Source: Actinomycetota bacterium (GTDB lineage Bacteria; Actinomycetota; UBA4738; JACQTL01). Taken from it: a stretch of 64,000 nt of DNA. The notes beneath the pieces were generated by a model. That model was not told the DNA's origin and searched no databases. It saw only the letters and a program-made list of their open reading frames with translations. The position numbers and the translations under genes were made by a program. Location: assembly GCA_046263085.1 (NCBI GenBank), contig JBHELK010000080.1, forward strand, positions 6,852 through 70,851. The letters are read 5' to 3'. Below are positions 1 to 12,510 of the stretch, one piece after another (within the stretch, counting starts at the first letter, position 1; every line of letters starts with the position of its first letter).

Positions 1-129
1 CGCCGACTCCCCCTCGAGCTCCGCTAGGCGCGCGCGCTTGGTCTCGACGTCAAAGGTACTCCTTCGCCGACGAGACTCGTTGGGAGAGCTTCTCCAGTTG
101 CTCGGTGTACTCGCTCATGAGCGCACATC

Positions 130-330
130 CTACGGAGAGCTCTTCTCCTCGGTCATCCCCTCCTCGTCGTGGACGACGAGCTCCGCGCCCTGCTCACGAG
201 CCAGGCGCTCCCCCTCGCGGACCGCTTCCTCCTTCGAGTCGAACCGGCGGGTCCCGGTCTCGTCCTCGCCGGTCCCCTTCACCGACCACCCACCCTCCGG
301 GTCGGCGTAGACCTGCACGTTGTTGGCCAT
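130..330 (-). CDS. DUF2188-family small protein (66 aa).
   Basis: ORF 130..390 contains MANNVQVYADPEGGWSVKGTGED...AELVVHDEEG, typical of DUF2188. The internal ATG at 330 is preceded by a GAGGAGGAG Shine-Dalgarno sequence. Confidence 0.6.
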   Translation of the reverse strand: MANNVQVYADPEGGWSVKGTGEDETGTRRFDSKEEAVREGERLAREQGAELVVHDEEGMTEEKSSP

Positions 331-390
331 ATCGTCTCCTCCTCGTCGGGACCCTCCATCCGTACCCAGGCGCGGCGATGCGGATGCCAC

Positions 391-1185
391 TCAGCCCATG
401 CGTCCGAGGAGGAAATACGCCCGCGTGGACCCCTTTCCCTTGAGCTCCACGTCACCGCGCTCCTCGAGCCGATATGCGCCGCCCAGGGAGCCTGCGAGGG
501 CCGACGAGACCTGGATCCGGTCCGGCAGGGACGTCGTCTCGAGCCGGCTCGCCACGTTGACCGTGTCCCCCCACAGGTCGTACACGAACTTCCTGGTGCC
601 GATCACGCCCGCGATCACCGGCCCGACGTGGACGCCGATCCGGATGCTCCACGGCTCCCCCACCTCGGCGACGGTCTCTCTCATCGCCAGGGCCAGCTCC
701 GCGACGGCGGCCGCACCAGGCTCCCGCGTGCCCGGCAGGCCGGCCGCAGCCATGTACGCGTCACCGATGGTCTTTATCTTCTCGACGCCCAGCTCCTCGC
801 ACGCGGCGTCGAACCTGGAGAACAGGCCGTTCAGGGTGGAGACGAGCGTCGCCACCGGCAACCGAGCGGAAATCTCCGTGAACCCCACGAAGTCGCTGAA
901 GAGCACCGCCACGTCCTCGTACCGATCGGCGATGGCCTCCTCGCCCGCGTTCAACCGGTCGATGATCGGTTGCGGGAGCACGTTCAACAGCAGCGCGTGG
1001 GACCGCTGCCGCTCCTCATCCAGCTCGGCCATGAGTCTCTGCAGTACCCGCGAGTTCGTGTCGCGGATCTGCTCGAGGTGTTGCATCGTCGCTTCAAGCC
1101 TCCGGACCCGGCGCGCGAGCCGCAGGTTCTCCTTGCGGGGATCGTCCTCCGGAGGACGCTCCGCTCGACCGGACCCGTCCGTCAC
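391..1185 (-). CDS. Class III adenylate/guanylate cyclase (CHD domain) with an N-terminal coiled-coil segment.
   Basis: Motifs VLFSDFVGFTE, KTIGDAYMAAAGLP and VYDLWGDTVNVASRLE are present. A GTG at 1185 overlaps the stop of the upstream FIST gene (GTGA); the alternative ATG is at 1086. The ORF-track N-terminal extension to 1731 overlaps the FIST gene and is rejected. Confidence 0.75.
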   Translation of the reverse strand: MTDGSGRAERPPEDDPRKENLRLARRVRRLEATMQHLEQIRDTNSRVLQRLMAELDEERQRSHALLLNVLPQPIIDRLNAGEEAIADRYEDVAVLFSDFVGFTEISARLPVATLVSTLNGLFSRFDAACEELGVEKIKTIGDAYMAAAGLPGTREPGAAAVAELALAMRETVAEVGEPWSIRIGVHVGPVIAGVIGTRKFVYDLWGDTVNVASRLETTSLPDRIQVSSALAGSLGGAYRLEERGDVELKGKGSTRAYFLLGRMG

Positions 1186-2339
1186 GAGCCGAGCAGGAGG
1201 GTGACGAACGTCTCGTTGAGGAAGCGACTGCCGCCGGTGCCCTCGATGGGACCGAACTCCCCGAAGCAGTAGAGGCCCGCGATGGGGATCTCCGAGCCCA
1301 GGACGGAGCGAGCCAGCTCGGACTCCACGGGCGTCTTCGAGCCCAGAAGGAACTTGCGGATGGCGCAGGAGAAGATGAGCGCTGCTTCCGGCGTCGATCC
1401 CGCGGGGAACCCTTCGGCCGCCTCCCGCAGGGCGGCTTCCGTGCCCGAGATGATCTCGTCGGTCGCCGCCGTCGTCAGCTGGACCTCGGCCCCCTCCGGC
1501 ACCGAGCCCGGCACCGTCAGCGATCCGGACTCGAGATCCGACTGCGGGATCGCCCGCAGATAGAACTCCTCGCTGCCCTCCTCGAACACGGCGAGCGGAT
1601 TGCCGAAGGCTGCGGGCCCGATCACATCGATGTAGTTGCGCACGAAGTCCGCAGCGGGCCTCCCGTCGATCTCCTCGATCGCGTGCGGCGACGCCCCCGT
1701 GACCCTTCCCCTGGGGCCGATGGTCTTCCAACCGGTCCCGACTGCAGTGGAGAAGGTGACGGGGCCCGAGAGCAGAAGCACGGCGATCCCGTCCGATGCG
1801 ACGGCCTCGTTGCAGAACTGGTACGTCGGCGTGAGCTGCGAGAAGTCACTCCGGGCGGAAGCTCCACCCACGAGCACCACGCCGGGCGGGAGAGCCGCCC
1901 GCATCGCCTCGAGCACGGCCCTGGGGTCCGCGGCGATGGAATCGGCGAGCACGACGCAGATCCTGGGCTCTCGATCGGTGGCGGACGTCGCCTGCTCGAC
2001 CGCGGCCCTGCAGCCCTTTTCTACGTCCCGGCCCAGCCCGGAGCCGAGGCCGACCGTGAAATCCACGGAGTCGGATGCGAACAGCGCCAACATGATCGAG
2101 TCCTCGCGGTAGCCGCTCGAGGAGATCTCCGCGGCCGAGGTCGTGCCCGCCAGCCCCACGCCGGGGAAGGCCTTCCGAACGGCGGCAACCACGTCGGGAT
2201 GGAAGCTCTCGAAGGCAGAGAAGAGGATCCCGGCTTGCGGCGTCAGATCGCCGAGGGCGGCTCGGCACTCGTCGATGGCGGCAGCGACCGCGTCGTCCGG
2301 ATCGACGTCGTCACTGTGGCCAACGGCCATCTTGAGCAT
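1182..2339 (-). CDS. FIST (N+C) sensory domain protein.
   Basis: 385-aa ORF with FIST_N/FIST_C-like composition. It is immediately upstream of the cyclase and shares a 4-nt overlap with it. Confidence 0.6.
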   Translation of the reverse strand: MLKMAVGHSDDVDPDDAVAAAIDECRAALGDLTPQAGILFSAFESFHPDVVAAVRKAFPGVGLAGTTSAAEISSSGYREDSIMLALFASDSVDFTVGLGSGLGRDVEKGCRAAVEQATSATDREPRICVVLADSIAADPRAVLEAMRAALPPGVVLVGGASARSDFSQLTPTYQFCNEAVASDGIAVLLLSGPVTFSTAVGTGWKTIGPRGRVTGASPHAIEEIDGRPAADFVRNYIDVIGPAAFGNPLAVFEEGSEEFYLRAIPQSDLESGSLTVPGSVPEGAEVQLTTAATDEIISGTEAALREAAEGFPAGSTPEAALIFSCAIRKFLLGSKTPVESELARSVLGSEIPIAGLYCFGEFGPIEGTGGSRFLNETFVTLLLGS

Positions 2340-2403
2340 CTCGTGGCCTTCCCTTGGGGGCGCGAGGGCGCATGGTAACTCGGGCTCGGCCGGTTCCGGA
2401 GGC

Positions 2404-3749
2404 TCACCGAACCTTGCGCCGCACCTCGCACCGGTAGAAGTGATCCCGCCGGTCCCCGACGCAGACGTCGTGAGATCCGAGGCCCCCGTCGATGAAGTCG
2501 TTGCCCCGCACCCCGTCCCGGGAATCGATGTAGTCGTCCCCGGCCTCCCCGTCGAGGTGGTCGGCTCCCGGGCCTCCGTAGACCCGGTCGGCCCGCAGGC
2601 TCGCCGGGATCAGGTCGTTGCCGGGGCCGCCGAACACGACGTCGCCCACGGGCGCGCGGATGCCGCCGGAGTTGATGAAGTCGTTGCCGCGTCCCCCATG
2701 GATGACGTCGTGTCCGGTCCCACCGAAGATGAAGTCGTTGCCACCCTTGCCGTACATCTCGTCGCCGCCGCCCGAGTAGCAGATGAGATCGCGACCCCGG
2801 GTCCCCACGAGGACGTCGTGGCCCGGCGTCCCGTTGATCGTGCACCTCGGCCTGAAGTCCGGGTCCCCCGCCTGCCCGGCACCCGACTCGAGAAGACGCG
2901 GATCGGAGCCGCCCGTGTCCATGGAGTACAGGTCGAGGTTGCGCTCGAACACGATGCGGGTGTCGTCGGGCGTGTAGTTCGGGTTCGCGTCGACGTCGTC
3001 CCCGCCCGTCAGCCGTTGCTGATGCTTGCCGTTGCCGTTCATGACCCAGATGTTGCCCCGGCGCTCGAACACGACGTGGCGGCCGTCGGGCGACCAGTTC
3101 GGGGTTCGGGCTCGCTTCGCGAGCTTGTGGACGTCCTTGCCGAGATCGGTCATCGCGTAGATGCCGTAGTGGCCTCCCCGGTTGCTGGAGAACACGATCG
3201 TCTGCCCGTCGGGCGACCAGGCGGGCTCGATGTCGTCCACCGAGCGGGACCTGGTCCGGTTCTTCGCCCTCGTGGCGTGGTGCGTCATGGTCCAGATGTC
3301 GGCGGGGCCGTCGCCGTTCGCTCCCCACCGCGCCCGCGAGAACGCCAGCCGGCCGCCGCCCGGAGCCCACGCCGGACGCTGCTCGTCGAGCCCCGGCGTG
3401 TGTGTGAGCCGGCGCTGCTTCTTCCCCCGGGGCGACATCCACCAGATGTCTCCGGCACGACGGCGCCCGCCGGCCCGTCTCGAGGACACGAACGCGTCTT
3501 GGGCCCACCCTCGGGGGACCACGTCGGCTGCGACTCGCTGAGCGAATTGCGCCCCGTGATGTTGCGCAGCCCCTTCCCCGACGGCTCGATCTCCCAGAGG
3601 TCGGTTGCCCCGCTACGCAGGATCCTGGTGAAGACGAGCGTGCCGTTGTGGCCGACCGTGGCGGCGACGGAGCGATCGGGCGAGACACCGAGCGTCACCG
3701 TGGTCGTCGCGGCGAGCAGGATCGCGAGGACGACGACGCTCTTGCGCAC
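2404..3749 (-). pseudogene. Secreted TolB-like beta-propeller (PD40 repeats) fused to RTX-type Ca-binding GGXGXD repeats; the reading frame is interrupted near 3495-3505.
   Basis: The N-terminal ORF 3285..3749 carries a signal peptide and DLWEIEPSGKG...PTWSPEGG repeats. Repeat periodicity is lost after 3505 and resumes in ORF 2404..3522 from about 3495 (AFVSS...DIWWMSPRGKKQRRLT). The C-terminus holds many GGxGxDxI RTX nonapeptides. The ORF starts with GTG at 3749. Confidence 0.6.
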
Positions 3750-3755
3750 GGACCC

Positions 3756-6422
<2,667 letters not shown>

Positions 6423-6514
6423 GGCACGACCTCACGGGTGGGTTCGGAGTCTCGATTCTACCGGTCCCCCGGCACAAGCCCCGGGGCGACCGTGATCGCC
6501 GGCCAAGCCCGCGA

Positions 6515-7198
6515 TCACTGGATGTCGAGCAGCTTCTCCTTGACGGCGTACACGACGGCCTCCATCCGGCTGTGGAGATGGAGCTTGTCGAGGATGTTGC
6601 GGATGTGGTTCTTGACGGTGTTCTCCGAGATGAACAGCTGCTCGGCGATGTCCTTGTTGTTGAGGCCCTGCGCCACGAGCCGCAGTACCTGCATCTCCCG
6701 CGCGGTGAGCTGCGCGCCGCCCGCCTTGGGGTCGCCTGCCCGCTGGCTCATCGCCGCGAACTCCGTGAGGAGCTTCGACGCCATGCTCGGTGAGATGCGG
6801 GATTGCCCCGACCACACGGATCGGATGGCGTCCGGCACCTCCTCGATCGAGATCTCCTTCAACAGGTATCCGGAGGCGCCGGCCTTGATGGCCTCGTAGA
6901 GGTCGGCCTCCTCGTCGGACATCGTCAGCATGAGGATCTTCGAATCCGGCAGCTGGTCGCGGATGTCGCCCGCCGCCTCGATGCCGGAGCGGCGGGGCAT
7001 GCGCACGTCCATCAGGACGACGTCGGGTTTCAGGGACCGGGCCTTCTCCACCGCCTCGGCTCCGTCGGAGGCCTCACCGATCACCTCGATGTCGGGCTCG
7101 GCTGCCAGGACCATCTGGAGGCCCCGCCGGAACAGGGCGTGGTCGTCGACGATCAGAACGCGCAGGCGCTGGTCGTCGTGCGGCCTCTTGCCCTCCAT
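6515..7198 (-). CDS. NarL/LuxR-family two-component response regulator.
   Basis: REC domain (VLIVDDH...VLMDVRMP) plus a C-terminal LuxR HTH (LTAREMQVLRLVAQGLNNKDIAEQLFISENTVKNH). Confidence 0.9.
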   Translation of the reverse strand: MEGKRPHDDQRLRVLIVDDHALFRRGLQMVLAAEPDIEVIGEASDGAEAVEKARSLKPDVVLMDVRMPRRSGIEAAGDIRDQLPDSKILMLTMSDEEADLYEAIKAGASGYLLKEISIEEVPDAIRSVWSGQSRISPSMASKLLTEFAAMSQRAGDPKAGGAQLTAREMQVLRLVAQGLNNKDIAEQLFISENTVKNHIRNILDKLHLHSRMEAVVYAVKEKLLDIQ

Positions 7199-7245
7199 CC
7201 CGGTCGTCCCCCCCGTCCCCGGCCCGGGGGCTCGTGGTTGGCTTC

Positions 7246-7614
7246 TTATTCTTCCTTGCCGCGCCCCCCAGGGCCGATACGCGGGGATTTTAGACGATTG
7301 ACCCCCAGAGGAAACCGCTTTTTCCGCTTCTCCCGATAGTCACGAACCTGCCGCTCCAGACGCTCCACGAGCAGATCGAGCCCCGCGTCGATGTCGGGAG
7401 CGGAGGCCGTGGCCCGCACGGTATGCCGCGGGAGGACCAGCGTGGCGTCCAGGCGCTTCGTCCCGTTGAGCTTGGGCGTGTTCTCGGAGCTGATCTCGAT
7501 CTCGAGCCGCTCCAGGCGCGGATGCAGCCGTTCGAGCTTGGAAAGCTTGTGGTCGACCTTCGATCGGAATTGCTCCGTGATGCGAACGCCACGCCCCTTC
7601 AGGGTGAGGTCCAT
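7246..7614 (-). CDS. hpf: Ribosome hibernation promoting factor (HPF/RaiA, sigma-54 modulation protein family), short form.
   Basis: MDLTLKGRGVRITEQFRSKVDHKLSKLERL... is typical of HPF. A GAGGAGGGGGA Shine-Dalgarno sequence precedes the ATG at 7614. The conserved hpf–secA neighbourhood is present. Confidence 0.85.
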   Translation of the reverse strand: MDLTLKGRGVRITEQFRSKVDHKLSKLERLHPRLERLEIEISSENTPKLNGTKRLDATLVLPRHTVRATASAPDIDAGLDLLVERLERQVRDYREKRKKRFPLGVNRLKSPRIGPGGRGKEE

Positions 7615-7827
7615 CCGCTCCCCCTCCTCACGAGGTCGGGACTCCCGCCTGACTGACCTGGTCTTTGACCCCACACTCGCCTGCCGAGGGGTTCACCGCT
7701 CCGAGGCGGCTTAGCTCCTTCTCCCGATCCGGTCGCCCGGCCGGGGCAGGACTTACATCTAAGTCGCACCATGCTCAGGAACCAACGGTCCCCTTACGTG
7801 GGTCGCTTCGCCTGCGACTGGCATCGA

Positions 7828-8565
7828 CTACCGGGAGCGAGTCCCGGGCAACCACAGACTCAGACGGGAGCCCGGGCGATGATAGCACCGGGCAGGAAGC
7901 GGTCCGGCGACCGCGCGGGCGGCGGTGAGCACGCCCACCTGCCGGGCGCCGGCCGAGAGCAACACGCGGGCGCATTCGGCTGCCGTGGCGCCGGTCGTGA
8001 GGACGTCGTCGACGAGGAGGACCTGGGCCGGCGGATCCCGGCCGGTGGCGTGGAACGCCCCGCGCATCGCCCTTCGCCGCTCTACGCCGGAGCGCCCAGT
8101 CTGGGGCGGCGTATCCACCGTGCGGATGAGCATGGCGGCGGCTCGGATGCCCAGAGCCCGCGCAGCGACCGCGGCCAGCGCGCCTGCCTGGTCGTAGCCG
8201 CGATCGGCCCGGCGGGCCGGGGAGAGCGGCACCCAGGTCACCGCGTCGGCCTCGAAGGCGTTCACCGCGGCCATGGCCCGTCCGAGGGATGCGGAGACGG
8301 CTCGCCAGCCGTTGAACTTCAGCCGGAGGAGCGCCCGCCGGACCGCGCCTCCGTACAGGAAGGGCGCTCGGGCCGAACGGAGCTCCGGTGGCGGGCAGTG
8401 CCGGCACGACCGGAGGGTCTCCTCGGCCGGCACACCGCACCGGGTGCAGGCCGGCTCGAGGAGCGGGACGATCTCGTCGCGGCACGCGGCGCAGAACGGC
8501 CACGGCCCCTCGCCGCACCCGGCGCATCGCATCGGGAAGACCACGTCGAGGAGACCTCGCGCCAT
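7828..8565 (-). CDS. comF: ComF-family protein (phosphoribosyltransferase domain).
   Basis: N-terminal Cys cluster (CAGCGEGPWPFCAACRDE...CTRCG) plus PRTase motif VLLVDDVLTTGATAAECA. It sits in the conserved comF–hpf–secA position. Confidence 0.8.
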   Translation of the reverse strand: MARGLLDVVFPMRCAGCGEGPWPFCAACRDEIVPLLEPACTRCGVPAEETLRSCRHCPPPELRSARAPFLYGGAVRRALLRLKFNGWRAVSASLGRAMAAVNAFEADAVTWVPLSPARRADRGYDQAGALAAVAARALGIRAAAMLIRTVDTPPQTGRSGVERRRAMRGAFHATGRDPPAQVLLVDDVLTTGATAAECARVLLSAGARQVGVLTAARAVAGPLPARCYHRPGSRLSLWLPGTRSR

Positions 8566-8605
8566 GCGCGCACCGTAGCGGGGGGCAGTGACATGGAATC
8601 CCCGT

Positions 8606-9253
8606 TCAGGGGTCCAGCGAGAGCTCGATCTGCGCGGGCCGCTCGCTCTTGCCGGACCCGCCGACGTCGATGCGCAGCGCCCGGTGCGATTTCAGCAACG
8701 GGTAGCCGCGCGCGATGCCCTTGCCGGAGGACGGCTCGACCTCCTGCTCGACGAGGTCGATCGTCGATCCATCGGCGAAGAGCCGGATCGTCACCTCCTG
8801 GGGCGGCCGCACCACGAAGCGCAACGAGAGGCCGTCGGCGCCCGACTGGCATCGTTCGATCGAGACCTTCGCGCCGCTCACCTCGACGGTCCGGTCCACG
8901 CGGAGACTCGCGGAACGGACGGTGCCCCGCGGCCACGGGACGCAGAACCGCTTGCCACCGGGCATCATCCGGGGGGCCCCGTCGATCTCGACATCGGCCT
9001 CCAGCCCGTACCAGCCGGGCTCAAGCTCCGCCACGGGGAACTCGAAGGGGACGAAGACGTCGCGATGGGGCGGCACGTCCAGCGTGACGCCCGAGACCGG
9101 CACCTCGGGCCCGGCCGGCCCCGGTACCCGCACCACCCGCGCCCGCAGGAACACGACTTGATGCGGATACGAGTCCTCGCCCCGGACGACGAAGGCCCCC
9201 TTCACGGTTGCCGGGAACCGCTCGAACCGAGCCCGGAGGGAGACGTCGCTCAT
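8606..9253 (-). CDS. Conserved hypothetical protein (215 aa), last gene of the sahH operon.
   Basis: The ATG at 9253 comes right after the ahcY stop. GC3 codon bias is strong. There is no P-loop, so it is not the thymidylate kinase found at this position in mycobacteria. Confidence 0.55.
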   Translation of the reverse strand: MSDVSLRARFERFPATVKGAFVVRGEDSYPHQVVFLRARVVRVPGPAGPEVPVSGVTLDVPPHRDVFVPFEFPVAELEPGWYGLEADVEIDGAPRMMPGGKRFCVPWPRGTVRSASLRVDRTVEVSGAKVSIERCQSGADGLSLRFVVRPPQEVTIRLFADGSTIDLVEQEVEPSSGKGIARGYPLLKSHRALRIDVGGSGKSERPAQIELSLDP

Positions 9254-9258
9254 CGTCG

Positions 9259-10518
9259 CTAGGTACCGAGCTCCCACGATCGCAGGTAGCGCTCCTGCTC
9301 CGCAGTGAGCTCGTCGATCTCCACGCCCATGGCGCGGAGCTTCAGCCTGGCCACCTCGGCATCGATGTCCTCGGGCACGGGATACACGCCGGCGGAGAGC
9401 GAGCCGCGCTCCTGCTTCGCGAGCCACTCCACGACGAGCGCCTGGTTGGCGAAGGACATGTCCATCACCGAGGCCGGGTGCCCTTCCGCGGCGGACAGGT
9501 TGACCAGCCGGCCCTCGGCGAGCAGGTAGATGCGCCTGCCGTCGGAGAGCCGGTACTCGTCGACGAAGTCGCGCACGCGCCGTGGCTCGCCGCCGATCTC
9601 GCGGAGCCCCTCCTTGTCGATCTCGACGTCGAAGTGACCCGAGTTCGCGACCACCGCGCCGTCCTTCATCGTCTCCATGTGCTCGCGCCTGATGACCGAC
9701 GTGTCGCCGGTGACGGTGACGAAGATGTCGCCCTCTCTCGCAGCGTCGCGGATGGGCAGCACGTCGTAGCCCTCCATCGCCGCCTCGAGGGCCGGAAGCG
9801 GCGCGACCTCGGTGACGATGACCCGGGCCCCGAGGCCCCGAGCCCGCGACGCCACTCCCCGCCCGCACATGCCGTACCCGCAGACCACGACGGTGCGCCC
9901 GGCGATCAGGAAGTTCGTCGATCGGATGATCGCGTCGATCGTGGACTGTCCCGTGCCGAACCGGTTGTCGAACAGGTGCTTCGTGTTCGCGTCGTTCACC
10001 GCGACGATGGGGTAGGCCAGGACGCCTGCCTCCGCCATCGAACGGAGGCGGATGACCCCGGTAGTGGTCTCCTCCGATCCCCCGACGATCTCGCTCAGCT
10101 GCCCGGTCCGTTCCTTGTGCAGGGTGCCCACGAGGTCGGCGCCGTCGTCGAGCGTGATGTGCGGATGCCGGTCCAGCACCTCGTTGATGTGCTGGTAGTA
10201 CGTCTCGTTGTCCTCGCCCTTGATGGCGAACGCCGAGATGCCGTCCTGCTCGCAGAGCGCCGACGCCACGTCGTCCTGCGTCGACAGCGGGTTCGACGCG
10301 CAGAGCGCGATCTCCGCCCCGCCCTGCTTCAGCGTGAGGATCAGGTTCGCGGTCTCGGTGGTGACGTGGAGACAGGCCGCGATGCGCAGGCCTTCGAGGG
10401 GACGTTCCTTCTCGAAGCGCTCCCGGATCAGCGCCAGGACCTGCATCTCGTTGTCGGCCCAGGCGATGCGGGAACGTCCCCGCTCGGCCAGCGCCAGATC
10501 CTTCACGTCACATTCCAT
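9259..10518 (-). CDS. ahcY: S-adenosyl-L-homocysteine hydrolase (adenosylhomocysteinase).
   Basis: 419 aa with the NAD-binding motif [14 protein letters not shown] and conserved AhcY N- and C-terminal segments. Confidence 0.95.
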   Translation of the reverse strand: MECDVKDLALAERGRSRIAWADNEMQVLALIRERFEKERPLEGLRIAACLHVTTETANLILTLKQGGAEIALCASNPLSTQDDVASALCEQDGISAFAIKGEDNETYYQHINEVLDRHPHITLDDGADLVGTLHKERTGQLSEIVGGSEETTTGVIRLRSMAEAGVLAYPIVAVNDANTKHLFDNRFGTGQSTIDAIIRSTNFLIAGRTVVVCGYGMCGRGVASRARGLGARVIVTEVAPLPALEAAMEGYDVLPIRDAAREGDIFVTVTGDTSVIRREHMETMKDGAVVANSGHFDVEIDKEGLREIGGEPRRVRDFVDEYRLSDGRRIYLLAEGRLVNLSAAEGHPASVMDMSFANQALVVEWLAKQERGSLSAGVYPVPEDIDAEVARLKLRAMGVEIDELTAEQERYLRSWELGT

Positions 10519-11390
10519 CAGCCTGCCCCCTCTGTTCGCTCGGGTGCGCTGCCCAGCTCGGCGGCCAGTCGCGTGAGGAGCCTACCCAAGTCGCCGGCCC
10601 GCTCCTCTCCGATCCGCACCACGTCGGTGTGCGAGAGCTCCGGCCCTCCCAGGGCGTTGGTGACCACGAACAGGCCGAGCACGCGCATGCCGAGGGCCCT
10701 GGCCGGCACGGTCTCGGGGACCACCGACATCCCCACCACCGAGCCGCCGGCCCGCCGGAGCAGCTCGATCTCCGCCGGCGTCTCGTAGCTGGGGCCGGGC
10801 ACTGCTGCATAGACGCCACGCGACACCTCCAGGCCGAGGTCGCGTGCCGCCTTCTCGGCCCGGTCGGCCAGGTCACGGTCGTACACCTCGCCGAGGTCCA
10901 CGAACGCCGGCGTGCCGTCCGGCCGGTGCCACCCTCGAACCGGGTTGTCGCCGAGGAGGTTGAGGTGATCCGACGCCACGACGATGGTCCCCGTCTCGAG
11001 GGCGGGATCCAGTCCGCCGACCGACGCCGTGACGACCAGGGTGTGCGCCAGCAGCGAGGCGCTGAGTCGCACGGGGAGTGAGCAGAGTGCCAGCGGGTGA
11101 CCCTCGTAGTAGTGGATCCGCCCCGCGAACATCGCCGCCGGGATCCCATCGATCGAACCCGCCAGGAACCGTCCCGGATGCCCGGGGGACGTCGGCGGCG
11201 GGAACCCCGGGATGCCCTCGAAGGAGAGCTCGACGTCGATGTCCATGCAGGAAGCCGCTCCCGACAGGCCGGATCCGAGGATGACGGCGAAGGTTGGGGC
11301 GACGTCGGTCCGCTCTCTGATGAGGGCGACGGCCTCCTCGTCGAGGCGATCGCCGGGTCCCGGCACGACGAAGGGCTCGGGTCCGCTCAC
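10518..11390 (-). CDS. Purine nucleoside / methylthioadenosine phosphorylase (PNP_UDP_1 family).
   Basis: 290 aa with ILGSGL...FEGIPGFPP...GHPGRF...VGMSVVPE motifs. Its stop shares one nucleotide with the ahcY start. Confidence 0.8.
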   Translation of the reverse strand: MSGPEPFVVPGPGDRLDEEAVALIRERTDVAPTFAVILGSGLSGAASCMDIDVELSFEGIPGFPPPTSPGHPGRFLAGSIDGIPAAMFAGRIHYYEGHPLALCSLPVRLSASLLAHTLVVTASVGGLDPALETGTIVVASDHLNLLGDNPVRGWHRPDGTPAFVDLGEVYDRDLADRAEKAARDLGLEVSRGVYAAVPGPSYETPAEIELLRRAGGSVVGMSVVPETVPARALGMRVLGLFVVTNALGGPELSHTDVVRIGEERAGDLGRLLTRLAAELGSAPERTEGAG

Positions 11391-11400
11391 CGCATGGAGC

Positions 11401-12483
11401 TCACTCGTTCATCTCGGCGAGCACACGCTTCAGCCGGTCGATCGCCTCGATGGGTGTCGGGTCCACGCCGCGAAGGAGTCCGAGGTAGACGCTGGCGGCG
11501 CTTCCCATCATCGACAGCGACAGCGCCTTCGCCAGCGGCGACTGTCCGGCGGCCCAGACCTCCTGCGTCTCGCAGCCGGCCTCGGCCGCGATCTGCAGGG
11601 AAACCGGGAACCGGACGGCGACCTCCCCGCTCTCGTCGTGGTGGCGCAGCGCGATCACGACGAACCCCTGGCCCTTGGCCTTCGTCCATCCCACGACCTC
11701 GTTGTGGTCGAGCTCCGGGAGCGAGGACGAGAACGCCGGCGTCTTCGCGTTCTCGTTGAGCTCGGTCTTCCACCTGGTGGCCGCGACGGACGCGATGCCC
11801 TCCGCGCCCCAGACGACCGCCACGCGCTCTCCGATCCACGTGGCGAGGACCTTGGCCGGGTTGTCGGGGAGCTCGACTCCGGGCCCGAGCTCCTCGGCGA
11901 GGTCCTCGAGTCCTCCCGCCGACTCGTCGATGTCCTCGACCACCGGCGGGAGCAGTCCCATCGACTCGAGGGCCCCTAGCGAGGCCCCCAGCAGCTCGCC
12001 CAGGGCGGCGCGGGGAGCGGGCGCGTCATCCGGGATCGTCGCCGTGGGAACCCCGCGCTCGGCAGCGCGGACGGCGAGCTCGCCCCCCGTCGAGAGCGCG
12101 AGGAGCCGGCACCCCCGGTCGGAGGCCGCGTCGAAGCACGCGAGCGTCTCGGCGGTGTTGCCCGAGAACGACGAGCACACCACGAGCGTGTCGCGACCAC
12201 AGAACTCCGGCAGCACGGCGTCCTTCACGACCTCCAGCGGGATCGTGAGACGGTCCCGGTAGAGCGCACGCACCACGTCCCCGGCGACCCCGGATCCGCC
12301 CATCCCGCAGAGGACGATCGCCGAGAGCGACGACGCATCGGGCAGGGGGCTCAGGGACCGTCCGGCCTCGAACCCCGCTCGCAGCCGGCGAGGCAACGAC
12401 AGGACCGCGTCGAGCATCCCCGCCGGATCGCCCTTCGAGACGGCATCGGTGTCGTCGAGGTCGAGACCGCCGCGCGCCTTCAT
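11401..12483 (-). CDS. Bifunctional phosphoglucose/phosphomannose isomerase (SIS domain, archaeal-type PGI/PMI).
   Basis: 360 aa with the SIS motif VLCGMGGSGVAGD and a second SIS segment VVCSSFSGNTAETL. It sits in the mycobacterial Rv3256c-like position. Confidence 0.75.
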   Translation of the reverse strand: MKARGGLDLDDTDAVSKGDPAGMLDAVLSLPRRLRAGFEAGRSLSPLPDASSLSAIVLCGMGGSGVAGDVVRALYRDRLTIPLEVVKDAVLPEFCGRDTLVVCSSFSGNTAETLACFDAASDRGCRLLALSTGGELAVRAAERGVPTATIPDDAPAPRAALGELLGASLGALESMGLLPPVVEDIDESAGGLEDLAEELGPGVELPDNPAKVLATWIGERVAVVWGAEGIASVAATRWKTELNENAKTPAFSSSLPELDHNEVVGWTKAKGQGFVVIALRHHDESGEVAVRFPVSLQIAAEAGCETQEVWAAGQSPLAKALSLSMMGSAASVYLGLLRGVDPTPIEAIDRLKRVLAEMNE

Positions 12484-12510
12484 CGGAGTCCTCGGCTGCC
12501 GGTGACGGAC

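Noticed and set aside
50-118. 22-codon minus-strand ORF MSEYTEQLEKLSQRVSSAKEYL at the window edge.
   Set aside because: It is very short, has a weak ribosome-binding site, and has no recognisable family. It could be a real small protein, but there is insufficient evidence.
1186-1731. N-terminal 182 aa of track ORF 391..1731 (cyclase).
   Set aside because: It overlaps the FIST gene in another frame and has arginine-rich low-complexity composition. A GTG at 1185 overlapping the FIST stop gives a sensible start.
7615-7827. 213-nt comF–hpf intergenic region examined for a structured RNA (riboswitch, 4.5S, or tRNA-like).
   Set aside because: No recognisable conserved RNA motif or strong stem-loop architecture was visible by eye. 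It is probably just the hpf promoter and 5' UTR. A covariance-model scan would be needed to be sure.
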